Source of the DNA: Octopus vulgaris
Lineage: Eukaryota
DNA: 64,000 bases
Direction: 5' to 3'
Assembly: GCA_951406725.2 (NCBI GenBank)
Contig: OX597818.1
Span: 55,180,001-55,244,000, forward strand
The notes below the pieces were generated by a model. It worked only from the letters and a program-made list of their open reading frames with translations, searched no databases and was not told where the DNA came from. The position numbers and the translations under genes were made by a program. This document shows positions 26,619 to 40,764 of the stretch, piece by piece (the stretch's first letter is position 1; each line of letters opens with the position of its first letter).

Positions 26619-26633
26619 ACGCCCCCTGGCGGC
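26619..26633 (-). promoter_or_regulatory. CTCF-like motif
   Basis: acgccccctggcggc closely matches the reverse complement of the CTCF core CCASYAGRKGGCRS, in unique sequence. Confidence 0.4.
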
Positions 26634-26892
26634 ATCTTCTCGCTTCCAACTGAAACCTATCGTCACGTCACGCACCACGTAGATGTCGCTGTTGATAAGA
26701 GTACGTGACAACCGACCGACCAACCAGCCAACAAACCGACCGATTTATCCGGCCGAAGGACCGGCAATTGACCAAACGACCGGCCATCTGACCACCGATT
26801 TTCTGATCAACCAATTGACCATTCAAGCAGCCAGTCGAAGAACCAACTGATAGATCATCCGAACAAACTGCTGACCAATTGGACCAAAAGCT

Positions 26893-27217
26893 GGCCCTCC
26901 GTCGGTTACGACGATACGGTCTCCAGTTTACCTGATCAACAGAACAGCCTGTACGTGAAATTAACGTGCAAGTGGTTGAGTATTCCACAAATACGTGTAC
27001 CCCTTAATGCAGTTACCAGGGTGATTCAGCGTGTTAGAGAAGGTGACAAGACTAACCATTTGAAATACAGGTACAACTCATTTTTACCAGACGAGTGGAC
27101 TGGAGCAACGGTGAAATAAAGTGTCTTGCTCAAGAACACAAATCACTGCCGGGTATCGAACTCACAACTTGACGATCGCGATCCGGATATCCTAACCACG
27201 AAGCTACACGCTTTCAC
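26893..27217 (-). mobile_element. SINE family C
   Basis: Reverse-complement similarity to 1-320; partial copy at 25791-25873. Confidence 0.75.
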
Positions 27218-27236
27218 CAGATCTATCTACCTCCCC

Positions 27237-27348
<112 letters not shown>

Positions 27349-27896
27349 GTCTCCCTGTTTTTCTATCTGCCTATCTGTCCATCCATCCATCCATCCGACG
27401 GGCTTCTTTCAGTTTCCGTCTACCAGACCCACTCACTAGGGTTTGGCCGGCCTGAGGCTACAGCAGAAGTCGCTTGCCCAAGGTGCCACGTAGTGTGATT
27501 GAACCTGGAGCAATGGTGGCTGGGAAGCAAGCTTCTTACCACACAGCCACGCATGCGCCTTCCTTCACGGTTTGTGTTTAAAATCCACCGCCATTTTCTA
27601 GATTCGTTAAAATAAACTAAATACCAATCAATTCACCTGGTCATCGATGTAATCGATTGTACCACCTTTACTGATAATTTATGTGTTTGTGTGTCAAACT
27701 GGACACCAATATGGCCGAAATATAATCAAATTTAGCTCAGGTGTCATTCGAACTTGGATCGTTTCGAATGAATGTTGTCCAGTGTTCTGACAGTCTTGTA
27801 ACCCTGGGTTGTATGTAGATGGGTGGGCACGTGTGGATTGGTCATCTCAGTCATCGTCATCATCATCATCATCATCACTACGACCATCACGATCGT

Positions 27897-28200
27897 GGAG
27901 GCACATAGCCTAGTGGTTAGAGCAGCAGACTCGCGGTCGAGGGATCGCGGGTTCGAATCTCAGACCAGGCGATGTGTGTGTTTATGAGCGAAACACCTAA
28001 GCTCCACGCGGCTCCGGCAGAAGGTTATGGCGAATTTCTGCTGACTCTTTCGCCACAACTCTCTCTCTCACTCTTTCCTCCTGCATCTTGCAGCTCACCT
28101 GCGATGGACCGGCGTCCCGTCCGGGTGGGGAACCTATAGGCCAAGGAAACCGGGAAACCGGCCCTTATGAGCCAGGCGTAGCTCGAGAAGGAACAACCAG
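27897..28200 (+). mobile_element. tRNA-derived SINE (family C relative)
   Basis: Head ggaggcacatagcctagtggttagagcagcagactcgcgg...gggttcgaatctc; body ctgcgatggaccggcgtcccgtcc shared with the 7522 copy. Confidence 0.82.
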
Positions 28201-28890
28201 CCATCACGATCACTGTTCTCATCATCACCATCGCCACCATTACCATCATCAACGCTTTCTTCATCACCATATCATCATCATCATCATCATCATCTTCATC
28301 ACTATCGTTATTACTACCACCACAACCACTACCATAATCACCACCACCACAACCACCACTATCGCCACCCCCATCATCATCATCATCATCATTATCATCA
28401 TTGTTGCATGACAAGGTGTACAACAGGTCCCTTTGTATACCAGACGGTTAAGTAGAACGGGTGGGCACAGAGTCTTCACCTGATGGTAAACATTTATATA
28501 AGGGTTCGCTCAGATACATGCGTAGAATGAACACACACACACACACACACGCACGCACACACACACACACACACACACGTGTGCATCATAGACGCGCGCG
28601 CATGTATGTATATGCCTCAGATAGGTGTGTATAAGTGTCTATATTCATATATACATTTACAGCTGGCAATTAGATAAACGTGTGTATATGTGCGTTTACA
28701 CACACACACATATATATACACATATTTACATAAGCTATTAGATAAATGCGGGTGTATTTATATTTGTATATACCCTTATACACACATTTACATAAGGTTA
28801 TCAAATACAAGTAATTGCCTGTGTATACGCATATATTATTATTTGTTGTTATTACTACCACTACTACTACTATTATAAGTGATATTAATC

Positions 28891-28934
<44 letters not shown>

Positions 28935-29979
28935 TAATAGCTGGTGTATGGATACACATGTACAAACACACACACGTACGCAATCGTATCAAATATTAGG
29001 TTTCCAATTAGCCATCCCGTCCGCATACAATCAGCTGTCTCCTCCTTTCGCATCACCCACCCCACCCCCATTTTCCACACACACACACACACACACACAC
29101 ATGCATGCACTCACACCCATTCACCCGGTACCTAAGCCATCTTCGTCTACCCTCCACCACCCCACCCGCTCCTCCATCCTCTTCGATCGTGGCCCCCATC
29201 CATCATCTGGTGTGTGAAACGGATCCAAGATTTTGGCTATTAGCAAGCACCCCTGCTGTTGTTGTAACGCCTCTTCTACCCCCGTCGGAGTGGTGTGAGA
29301 TCTGGCGGTGGGGGTGTGGTGTGGATAAATATTGGCTGTTTTGTTTAGAACAGCAACAACAACAACAACAACAGCTAATAGTATCGATCCCCCACCTGGA
29401 CTACAAAGGTAGACACAAAATGCTTAACCGTATTTCTTCTGACCCTTTACGTCCTGGGCTCAAATCTCGCCTAGGTCGGCTTTGCTTCTCAATCTTTCGG
29501 GGTCGAAAAAAGTGCTAGTGGATACTGGGCTCCATGTAACCGACTTGCCCCACCCCTCAAAATTTCTGGCCTTGGACCAAAGGTTAAGAGAATTACGGTT
29601 TATAATATATAGCTTTCAATATTCGGTCTGGCAAAATGCCGGGTAAAATTGATTAGCGGCATTTCGTCCATATGTAAGATCTGGGCTCAAATTCCGCTGA
29701 GGTTGACTTTGCTTTTCGTCCTTTCGGGGTCGATCAAATAAGTACCAGTTGAATACTGAGGTTGATGTAATTGACCTTCCCACCTCACGAAAATTGTGAC
29801 CTTGTGCCAAAGTCTGAAACCAATAGTTTGTCTGAGTTCAATCCAAGGTCAGCCTCAACGTTCATCTCCCTGGGGGTCGTCGATAAGATAATGAGATAAT
29901 CTTTTCATCGACTAACCGTCTACCTTCAGATTTCTGGTTTCTGTCCTATTTATATAACAAACAATTATTAGAATTGGTA

Positions 29980-30372
29980 AAGCGGTGAGCTGGCAGAATC
30001 AGCACGCCGGGTGAAATGCTTAGCGGTATTTCGTCTGCCGCTACGTTCTGAGTTCAAATTCCACCGAGGTCGACTTTGCCTTTCATCTTTTCGGGGTCGA
30101 TTAGATAAGTACCAGTTACGCACTGGGGTCTATGTAATCGACTTAATCCGTTTGTCTGTCCTTGTTTGTCCTCTCTGTGTTTAGCCCCTTGTGGGTAGTA
30201 AAAGAAATAGGTATTTCGTTTCAGTTTCCGTCCACCAAATCCACTCACAAGGCTTTAGTCGGCCCGAGGCTATAGTAGAAGACACTTGCCCAAGGTGCCA
30301 CGTAGTGGGAGTGAACCCGGAACCATGTGGTTGGTAAGCAAGCTACTTACCACACAGCCACTCCTGCGCCTG
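29980..30372. mobile_element. Family B SINE (+, 29980-30215) abutting a family A 5' half (-, 30219-30372)
   Basis: Matches to the other copies in the window. Confidence 0.85.
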
Positions 30373-30723
30373 TAGTTTTATTGCATACTTTTTCTGCAAT
30401 ACTGAGCATGGTTTTGCGGGTCTCTTGGTCACGTGCAGTGTTTTGTTTCGGTTTTGTTATTTTTATTGTATTAAAAGTAGTAATGGTTCTCCGTTGTTTT
30501 CGACGATAACTATATATCTGTGTGTGTGTAGAGAGAGAGAGGGGGGGAGAGATGTGTGTATATGTATGTGTGATTATATATACGATATATTTATATATAT
30601 ATACACACCGTATATGTGTGTATGTATGTATATATGTATATATATATATATAAAATAATTTTTTACGTAATGAGATAAAAAAAACCAAGGCTGTATAGAT
30701 ATTAGAGCATTTATAGATAGAAG

Positions 30724-30775
30724 GTCTTACAGCTGTTTCTAGAATATTAATTAATAATATCCCTTCATCGGAGAC
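30724..30775 (-). ncRNA. Minimal type I hammerhead-like motif (U4C core variant)
   Basis: Minus strand reads gtct-CCGATGA-a-gggatatt-attaatt-aatattct-a-GAAA-cagctg-TA-agac. Stem I gtct/agac, palindromic stem III, GUA triplet. Confidence 0.65.
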
Positions 30776-30804
30776 GGTGTGAGAGGAAAAATTATATATA
30801 TATA

Positions 30805-31549
30805 TCCGCTCAGTCGAAGTCGACTCTCGGTTACTCGATGGATCAGTGTCCTCCAGTCAGTTCTATCCTGGGCCGCTTCTTTCAGATTGGCTATGTCCAT
30901 TCCGGTATCACTCTTGATGGTGTCAAGCCAGTGGGTTCTTGGTCGGCCTCTTCCTCTCTTGCCACTGACCATTCCGAGCATGATGTCCTTCTTCAAGGAT
31001 TTTCTCCGCATAGTATGACCAAAATATGCCAATCTATGCTTGGTGATCCTAGCTTCCAGCGACAGTTTTGGCTCGATCCGGTTAAGAACTTCTCCATTGG
31101 TGAGCCTCGCTGTCCATGGAATCCGTAAAAGTATTCTCCAACACCAAAGCTCGAATGCATTAATTCTCTTCTGGTCAGCTTTCTTTAGTGTCCAGGTCTC
31201 GCATCCATATGTTGCTATTGGGAAGACAATTGCATTCACCAATCTGCATTTGGTAGCGAGGGTGATGTCTCTACTCTTCCAGACCCTGCTCATGCTGACC
31301 ATTGCCTCTCTGCCTAGCACTATCCGCCGTCTTATTTCTGGAGTGCAGTCACCATCTCGATTTATTTTGGAGCCAAGGAAGATGAAGTCATCAACCACTT
31401 CGATCTCTTCATTATTGATGTTGATGTTGATGTTTGTTGTGGCTGCTGTTGACATGATCTTCGTTTTCTTAACATTTCTCACTCTCTTTCTTGACCAGCA
31501 GCACAAGATCCTCCAGATCCTTACCACTCTCCGCCAGCAGGGTTGTATC
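30805..31549 (-). mobile_element. 5'-truncated RTE-clade (BovB-like) LINE, C-terminal reverse transcriptase region
   Basis: ORF contains NVKKTKIM, FIFLGSKI, EIRRRI, YGCETWTLKK, FELWCWR, YFGH and GKRGRGRPR. The upstream frame gives DTTLLAES..VKKESEK, i.e. it starts at the last D of YADD. Flanked by (TA)n on both sides. Confidence 0.95.
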
Positions 31550-32468
31550 TATATATATATGATAGCGTACATATGCAAGTGATTGAGTATGTGTATGTAC
31601 TAGATATGCAAGTGAATCTGTGTGTCACATATGCAAGTGACTCTGAGAGAGTGAGTGTGTGTGTTTGTGTGTGTGTTCTTTCTTGCCCCCTTACATCTAA
31701 GGTGGCACATATTGTGATTGACATTTGTCAGATGTTTTCCATCCCAGCACCATCCCCCCCCCCCCCCCGAACAACCGCCCTCCCTCCCCACCCCCGCTGG
31801 ACACCGGCTCCTTCGCCAGGATCTAATTAATAAAGCTATTAAAATCTGCATTTACCTTCAGCTCTACCTTTGCACCACAACGACGACGACCACCACCACC
31901 GCAAACAATGAAACTCCCTTCGCAACACACTACCATCAACCCCCAGAAAAGCCCAGTATAAACTTACCCCCAATACTTACCCCCTCTAACAGCAACCTGT
32001 TATCAAACCTGTCTCCACCATCACCGCCACCATCATCGTCATCAATCCACCACTACTTGCTCTACACCCGTATATAGCCACTGCTCCCCTGAACAGCACC
32101 CTATTATCATCCCCACTACGACTAGAAGTTCCCCCCCCCCCCCACTTACAAAACCCTGTCATCAAGCCTACCTTTATCCCCCACCGCTACCCTCTACAGT
32201 TGGTACCCTATTATCAAGCCGTTCTCCTCCATCTCCTCTCCGCTCTATCTTCAAATACCCTGATCACCAGCACCTCCCTCCCTCCCTCCCTCCCTTACAG
32301 CATGTACTTTGTCATCAAACCTACCCCTATCTCATCACCACCAGCACACCCACCCGAAGCACTCAGCTGGAAAATAAGTCAGTCTCTTGTGTTTTTTTTT
32401 TATTGCATCAATAAAATTTTACTCACATACGTACGCATCCTCTCTCTCTCTCTCTCTCTTTGTCCCAC

Positions 32469-32538
<70 letters not shown>

Positions 32539-32611
32539 ATACATACAATCACACATATACATACGTGTGTATATATATAAATATATTGTATATATAATCA
32601 CACATACATAT

Positions 32612-32647
<36 letters not shown>

Positions 32648-33479
32648 ATACACACATATTTGTAGACATCCCGCCCATAAACTGTGTGGTTTGGCTTCCT
32701 CTTGTATGTGTGTATGTAAGCTTTTATATATATATATATATATATGTATGTATACACACACACACCAGTAGAAAGACCGCCCTCTGGGAGGTTTTCTGCA
32801 AGCCCCTTGATAATGTTTCCACATTTGATTCCCAATTCTAATAATTTTTAAGCTTTACATCTAATTATATCTTTGTATAATAGTGCTTCACTAAGCTTAG
32901 TAAATACTGCTTTAGTTATTTTATCAGTTATAATCTCTTTTTTAAACAGTCAATCTCTTATATGTCTATTTATCATAAATATCTATCTATTTGCATAGAT
33001 AGATAGACGGACGGTCGGTCGGTCCTGGTGTGTTTACATCCCCCATAACGTAGCAGTTTGGCAGAAAGGGATCGATAAAATAAGTACCAGGCTTAAATAT
33101 ACAAATACTGAGGTTGATTTATTCGACTAAAATTCTTCAAGGTGGTGCCCCAGCATGGGCGAAATCTAATGAGTGAAACAAATGCAAGATATATTGAATT
33201 GATGATTTCTGGAAATAATGTTCTCCTCAGAGCCTTTAAAATGAAGTGTATGTTTTATTTCGGAGATGATTTAAATACACGGGGAAAGGTTACCCCGAAA
33301 CTGTAAATATACATGAATGAAGGTGTATACAGTTTTGAGGGAGGGAGGCCACTTTCAGAACTGCAGTAATTCCTCAACCATCGAGGCTGTTACGCTCCAA
33401 CAGTTACCCCCGCGATAGGTGAAAATCTGGGAAGTAGAAACAGCACTGTACTCTTTCTCTCTCTCTCTCTCTCCTCTTT

Positions 33480-33870
33480 TTTACTTGTTTCAGTCATTTG
33501 ACTGCGGCCATGCTGGAGCACCGCCTTTAGTCGACCCCAGGTCTTATTCTTTGTAAGCCTAGTACTTATTCTATCGGTGTCTTTTGCAGAACCGCTCAGT
33601 TACGGGGACGTAAACTCACCACCATCGGTTGTAAAGCGATGTTGGGAGCACAAACAGACACAGAAACATATATATATATATACACACATACATACACATA
33701 TATATATATACATATATACGACGGGCTTCTTTCAGTTTCCGTCTACCAAATCCTCTTACAAAGCTTTGGACGTCCTGAGGCTATAGTAGAAGACACTTGC
33801 CCAAGGTGCCACGCAGTGGGAATGAACCCGGAACCATGTGGTTCGTAAGCAAGCTACTTACCACACAGCC
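33480..33870 (-). mobile_element. SINE family A
   Basis: Near full length. Confidence 0.88.
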
Positions 33871-34023
33871 ATTTTTTATATTTTTATAATTTGTATATAT
33901 TTATTTTATTATATATGCGAAACAACACCACGGAGGAATCGATGTAAGCTTAAATAATAAACCGCGATATGGCGAGGGATTACTGTATACGGATTTAGAT
34001 AATCCTAATGTAATTCGCACAGG

Positions 34024-34245
34024 AAGGCGCCGAGCTGGCAGAATCCTTAGCACGGCGGGCATAATGCTGAGCGGAATTTCGTCCGTCTTTACATTCCGAG
34101 TTCAAATTCCACCGAGGTCGACTTTGCCTTTCATCCTTTCGGCGTCGATAAAATAAGTACCAGTTGCGTACTGGGGGCCGATGTAATATAATCGACTTAT
34201 ACCTTCTCCCGAAATTGCTGGCCTTGTGCCAAAATTTGAAACCCA
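34024..34245 (+). mobile_element. SINE family B variant with aaattgctggccttgtgcc tail
   Basis: Head aaggcgccgagctggcagaatcc and the shared core. Confidence 0.85.
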
Positions 34246-34296
34246 CACTTATGAATTCAGGTGCATAATATACTTTTAACATATGCATCACTCTTT

Positions 34297-34688
34297 TACT
34301 CTTTTACATGTTTCAGTCATTTGACTGCGGCCATGCTGGAACACCGCCTTTAGTCGAGCAAATCGACCCCGGGACTTATTCTTTGTAAGCCCAGTACTTA
34401 TTCTATCGGTCTCTTTTGCCGAACCGCTAAGTGACGGGGACGTAAACACACCAGCATCGGTTGTCAAGCAATGCTAGGGGGACAAACACAGACACACAAA
34501 CACATACACATACATACATATATACGACAGGCTTTTTTCAGTTTCCTTCTACCAAATCCACTCACAAGGCATTGGTCGGCCCGGGGCTATAGCAGAAGAC
34601 ACTTGCCCAAGGTGCCACGCAGTGGGACTGAACCCGGAACCATGTGGTTGGTTAGCAAGCTACTTACCACACAGCCATTCCTGCGCTT
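34297..34688 (-). mobile_element. SINE family A, full length
   Basis: Highly similar to 4788-5224. Confidence 0.9.
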
Positions 34689-34950
34689 ATAACTGTTCGT
34701 TCACATAGTGTAACTGATATTGCAAGTCGTGTAATTAAATATTTTAGTTTATTTGTAAATTAATTAACAAGTTTATAATTGTTTCAGTTATGTTGGTCTT
34801 GTTCAGAGCTAATTACTTATGAAGAGAACAACAGAAATGACACAGAAAACTCTAGTAAACTGATTGGTAAATAAATGAATATTAATGTTCTTGTTATTAA
34901 TTGGAAAAAAAAATAATACAAATATTTACTGCTGAGAAAACTCAATACTG

Positions 34951-34990
<40 letters not shown>

Positions 34991-35039
34991 TAACCATACA
35001 GCGACGCCTGCGTTTATACACACACACACACACACACCT

Positions 35040-35822
<783 letters not shown>

Positions 35823-36294
35823 TATATATAATAATGGACTCTCCCGTCGTTAGATGACGTATGAGGGTTCGATAATTTCTTACCGAACAACCACACGCAT
35901 GATTTGTTTATAGTGATAAGATGTTTGTGTAGACATAATCTCACTCCCTTCGTCAGATCGACAAATTACCTGTGCAGGTGCAACGGGGTGCCACTTGTCA
36001 GAGGAAGAAATGATCGCTGAACAACGTGAAACGAAGTGCTTTGCTCAAGAGCACAACGCAACGCCCGGTGTGGGAATCGAACCTACGATCTCGCAATCGT
36101 GAGTGCAACACCATAACCACTAAACTATGCACCTTCACAGGCGTTATATGCACACACACGTAGGCGTAGTCAGGGGTATGTGGTTAAGAAGCTCGCCTCT
36201 TAACTACGTGGTTTTGAGTTCAGTTTCACTGCACAGAATCTTAAGTGAATGTCTTTTACTATAGCCCCGGGCCGAGCATATAAGTATATATATG

Positions 36295-36444
36295 GCGTAG
36301 GAGTGGCTGTGTGGTAAGTAGCTTGCTTACCAGCCATATGGTTCCGGGTTCAGTCCAACTGCATGGTACCTTGGGCAAGTGTCTTCTACTATAGCCTCGA
36401 GCTTGTGAGTGGATTTGGTAGACGGAAACTGAAAGAAGTCCGTC

Positions 36445-36499
<55 letters not shown>

Positions 36500-36685
36500 T
36501 GTGTGTCTGTGTTTGTCTGCCCCCATCGCTTTACAACCGATGTTGATGTGTTTACGTCCCCGTAACTTAGAGGTTCGCCAAAAGATGCCGATAGAATAAG
36601 TATAGGTGCTAATTTGTTCAACTAAACACTTGAAGGTAAGTGCTCCAGCATGACCGCGGTCCTGTAAATGAAACAAGTAAAAGAT
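36295..36685 (+). mobile_element. SINE family A
   Basis: Full body. Confidence 0.85.
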
Positions 36686-36958
36686 AGATAAATGAATAAA
36701 ATAGACAGACTGATAGCTAGACGGAGGAAGAAGTGGGTTCCTTCCGCGTTCCCTTCCTCATGCCATTCCTGCCCACCACCCCTTACTCTATTTACATTAC
36801 AAACAAACTCTGCTCAACCAAATAATCTGCTATTTCTTTAACCTTTCACCACCACCCCCTCTATCGCCTCCTCCTCCTCCTCCTCTTTCCCGCTGCCTAC
36901 CTTTCTAAAATAGCCGCCATGTTTAATACACACAAATACACGATACAACTACTATATA

Positions 36959-36992
<34 letters not shown>

Positions 36993-38785
36993 ATGCTCAA
37001 TATCTGTTGAATATTTCCAACAGTCAACACCGCCGCCGCTATCACCATTATCATTAACGCAACCGCCATCACCACCACCATCAAACAACTACGCTTTATT
37101 TGCTGCAATGCATCACTTCCCCTTTTTCAACTCATCTCTTCTCACTCTCCATTTCTTCCTCCCTCCCACCCACCCCATCCTACCTACTTTTCCGTATTCT
37201 ACTTTACTTCCTATATCTTCGTAAACATCCCAACCTCCTTTCTACGGTAAATACGTTGTTGTTGTTTATTGTTTAATCTTCTAATAAAATAATATCTCAA
37301 AGAGAAGGGCGTGGCTATCTCTCACACATACATACACAGCGAAATCTCGAAAACGAAAGTGAAACTACTTTCTCTAAATCAGCAGGTGTTTTATTTATTT
37401 GCGGCGAAGACGCGATCAGCAACCATCCTTCCGCTCATCATTGAGTATCGGACAACAAAAGCTAACTGTCCCTCTCTCAATCCCCCAGCACGATGGCCAT
37501 CTAGCTTGTGTGCTTGATCCCAGACCACGCCCATATCTGCCTGCCTCATCTCAACCAGATCTTGGCAGGTCTGTCTCATTGGTTACTTTCACTCACTGGT
37601 TTCCCCCACGTGAGAATAGAAAGGAGCCTACTTCTTCTTCTTCTTCTTCCACCTGTCTCGCTCTCCGTCTGTCTATTTACATTGTCTTTTCACTTGTTTC
37701 ATTCATCGGACTGCGGCCATGTTGGAGCACCACTTTGATGGGTTTAGTTGAACGAATTACTTAACTTTTTTAAAATCTGATATTTATTCTATTATTTTTT
37801 TTTGTTTTTTTTGCTGCACCGATACGTTACCGAGTTATAAAGGAACCAACACCAGTTGAGAAACGGCGAGGGAAAAACCAAGACACACACACACACAGAC
37901 ATTATATGACAGGCTTCCACATCGTTTCCATCACTCTCTAGTCTTTTCGTGAGCATGCGTAGTACGTGGATGAACATTTTCACTGTCGCACTGTGATGCG
38001 AAACCGTAACTTACTCAGCCCAGCCTTTTCTATCACATCACGTGATCACAACCAGTTATTTTCATTATGGTCCCAAGACAGCATTTGTGGAAGAGATCTT
38101 ATAATCTATTTCGTTTTTATATGTATACCTAGGAACATGTTACCTGATGTGACCTTAATCAGGTCCGAGAGCAGCATCTTTTATCCGTTACTTGGTTCCA
38201 GTCATAAGACTGCGGCCATGCTGGTGCAGTGCCTTGAAGAATTTTAGTCGAACGAGTCGACGCCAGTATTAATTTTTTTTTTTTTTAACCTGATACTTAC
38301 TCTATCGGTTTCTTTTGCTGGCTCGCTAAGTTTCGGTGACGTAAATATACCAATACCGGTTTGCAAGCGTTGACAGGACGGACGGACGGACGGACGGACG
38401 GACGGACGGACGGACGGACGGACGGACACACTCACATATACACATTCATATATGCAAGGGGCTTCTTTCAGTTTCTGTCTATCAAATCCACTCTCTAGAC
38501 TTTGGTCGGCACGAGGATATAGAACAACACATTTGCCCAAGGTGCCATGCAGTGGGACTGAACCCGGAACCATATGTTTGGGAAGCAAACTTCATACCAC
38601 ACAGCCAAGCGTGCTCCTGCCTATCTGTGAAAGATTTGTTATGAGTTTCATTTTTTAGCTCTGTCTAGAAGTACATTCATTATCTAACGCATCCCTCTCT
38701 GTAATTCAAAAACAAAAAATTAAATTGTGAGGTTTAAGCAAGATTTTCGGCTGCTAACTTCAGGAGATCGAGAAACCAGATAGAG

Positions 38786-39293
38786 CAGGGGTTACCAAAC
38801 TACAGCCCGTGAGGTCAGTTCATCCCGCTTGCCGCTGCACTGTACCTTTTGTGTAAGTACCTGCATTTGCCTCTAGTATGGCATCAATGTTTGGAACAAC
38901 TTATGTCTGTGAGCAAACATTTTCAATAATGAAGAATGTGAAGTCAGCACATCGAACGAGGTTGATTGATGAACATTTGAAAGCAATTCTTTTGGTTGGA
39001 TGCAGTAATTCCAAAACAAATATTGATGATGTCTTAAAAGCTAAACACCAGTTTCACAAATCTCACTAACCTTTTTTGCTGCTTAGTTTGTGAGATTCGG
39101 ATTATGTGCGCTCTGGGTTGTGATATAACTATCTCATTGCTAAACGTCGCCTTCTTTGATAACTTTTCTGGTAAATAAATATGTTGGTTGTCTTTATTGT
39201 GTATTCACTGTATTGAACAAAATGGTTATGCGGCCCGCGCTCGCCATTCTCTCAGTTATCTGGCCCGCCGTGAACAAAGTTTGATGTCCCCTG
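38786..39293 (+). mobile_element. Internally deleted hAT (Charlie/SPIN-like) transposon retaining the transposase C-terminus
   Basis: TIRs caggggttaccaaact / agtttgatgtcccctg and a perfect 8-bp TSD agatagag (38778-38785, 39294-39301). ORF 38878-39069 SMFGTTYVCEQTFSIMK...RTRLIDEHL is the hAT dimerization domain. Confidence 0.95.
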
Positions 39294-40049
39294 AGATAGA
39301 GGATCGCGAGGGACGTTGTTGTCGTAGTAGAAGAGACAAAAGAAATTGTTTGTCTGTTATCTAGGTGGAAGCTGTGACTGTCGTTTAACAGTCAACCAGC
39401 CATTGTTAAACAGACTTAACGCAGACTTACTAACAAATTTATTCCGTATGTGGCCATTTCGGTTATTTTGCTCAACACAGTTACACCCAAGACCGCTTTA
39501 TCCAATCTTTTTCGATCTTTTCCAAGACGATAGATTGAATTTCGAGCGAGATTTGTCTACCATTTCTTAACGGTTCACAAGCCAGCCACTAATATACCGT
39601 TACGTTTTTCTTCTCATTGTTTCTTTGTGAGTGAAGGTGTCGTCTGCTCGTCTTTGTTTGGATGCAGTCTACAATGTTCCGTGTGCAGCAGATGTTTTCC
39701 CACTGTCTGGTCGGTGAACAGAAACTTAATGTGCTGCACACTTGTGCTTTTGTGTTGACAACACGAGCAGCTGTGCAGAGCTTGAGCAAGTTCCGGTCCT
39801 CGTTCATCCGCGCGCGCGTCTATGTATGTATGTAATGTCTGTAACATGTATGTGTGTATATTTTCTTTTCTCAATTTTTGAGTAAATTTTGACTGGCCAC
39901 CGACTTGGTAGCATGGCTTCGAGGGAAAGTATCATGCTTTAACCGTCCTCATTCAAATCTTAAGGAGGTCTTGCAGATTTTTATAGTTCCGCATATCGTG
40001 ATCATTTTTTAGTTTAAGAATTAAGGATTTCCATTCCTTCCGCATGATA

Positions 40050-40735
40050 CCCATTTCTTTACTACCCACAAGGGGCTAAACACAAAGTGGACAAACAAGA
40101 ACAGACAAACGGATTAAGTCGATTATATCGACCCCAGTGCGTAACTGGTACTGATTTAATCGACCTCCGAAAGGATGAACGGCACAGTCGACCTCGGCGG
40201 AATTTGAACTCCGAACGTAGCGGCAGACGAAATACCTATTTCTTTACGAAATACCTATTTCTTTCCCCGTAACCTAGCGGTTCGGCAAAAGAGCCCGATA
40301 GAATAAGAAGTAGGCTTACAAAGAAGAAGTCTTGGGGGTCGATTGAGTAATCCTTCTGCTTAATCCTTATAGTTTTATCTTTTACTTGTTTCAATCATTG
40401 GTTTGCGGCCATGCTGGAGCGTCACACTGAAAGTCGAACAAATCGACTCTGAACTTATTTTTTTTAAGTCTTGGTATTCTATCGATTTCTTTGCCGAACC
40501 GCTAGGTTACGAGAATATAAACAAACCAATAACACTAGGATTGTGATACAAAGACATATATAGACATACGATGAGCTTCCACACAGTTTCCGTTTACCAA
40601 ATTCACTCACAAAGCTTTGGTCTGCCCAGGGTTAAAATTAAAGACACCTGTCCCAAGGTGTCACAGAGTGGAGCTGAACCCAACCCCACACCTTTGCAAA
40701 GCGACCTTCTTAACTACACAGCTATACCTGCACCT
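40050..40735. mobile_element. Cluster of family B (-) and family A SINE fragments
   Basis: Matches to the other copies. Confidence 0.75.
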
Positions 40736-40764
40736 ATGCATATTTCATCATTTACTTGTTTCAG

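Noticed and set aside
33195-33234. CTGAGGA...GAAA on the minus strand
   Set aside because: Stems I and III do not form; likely chance.
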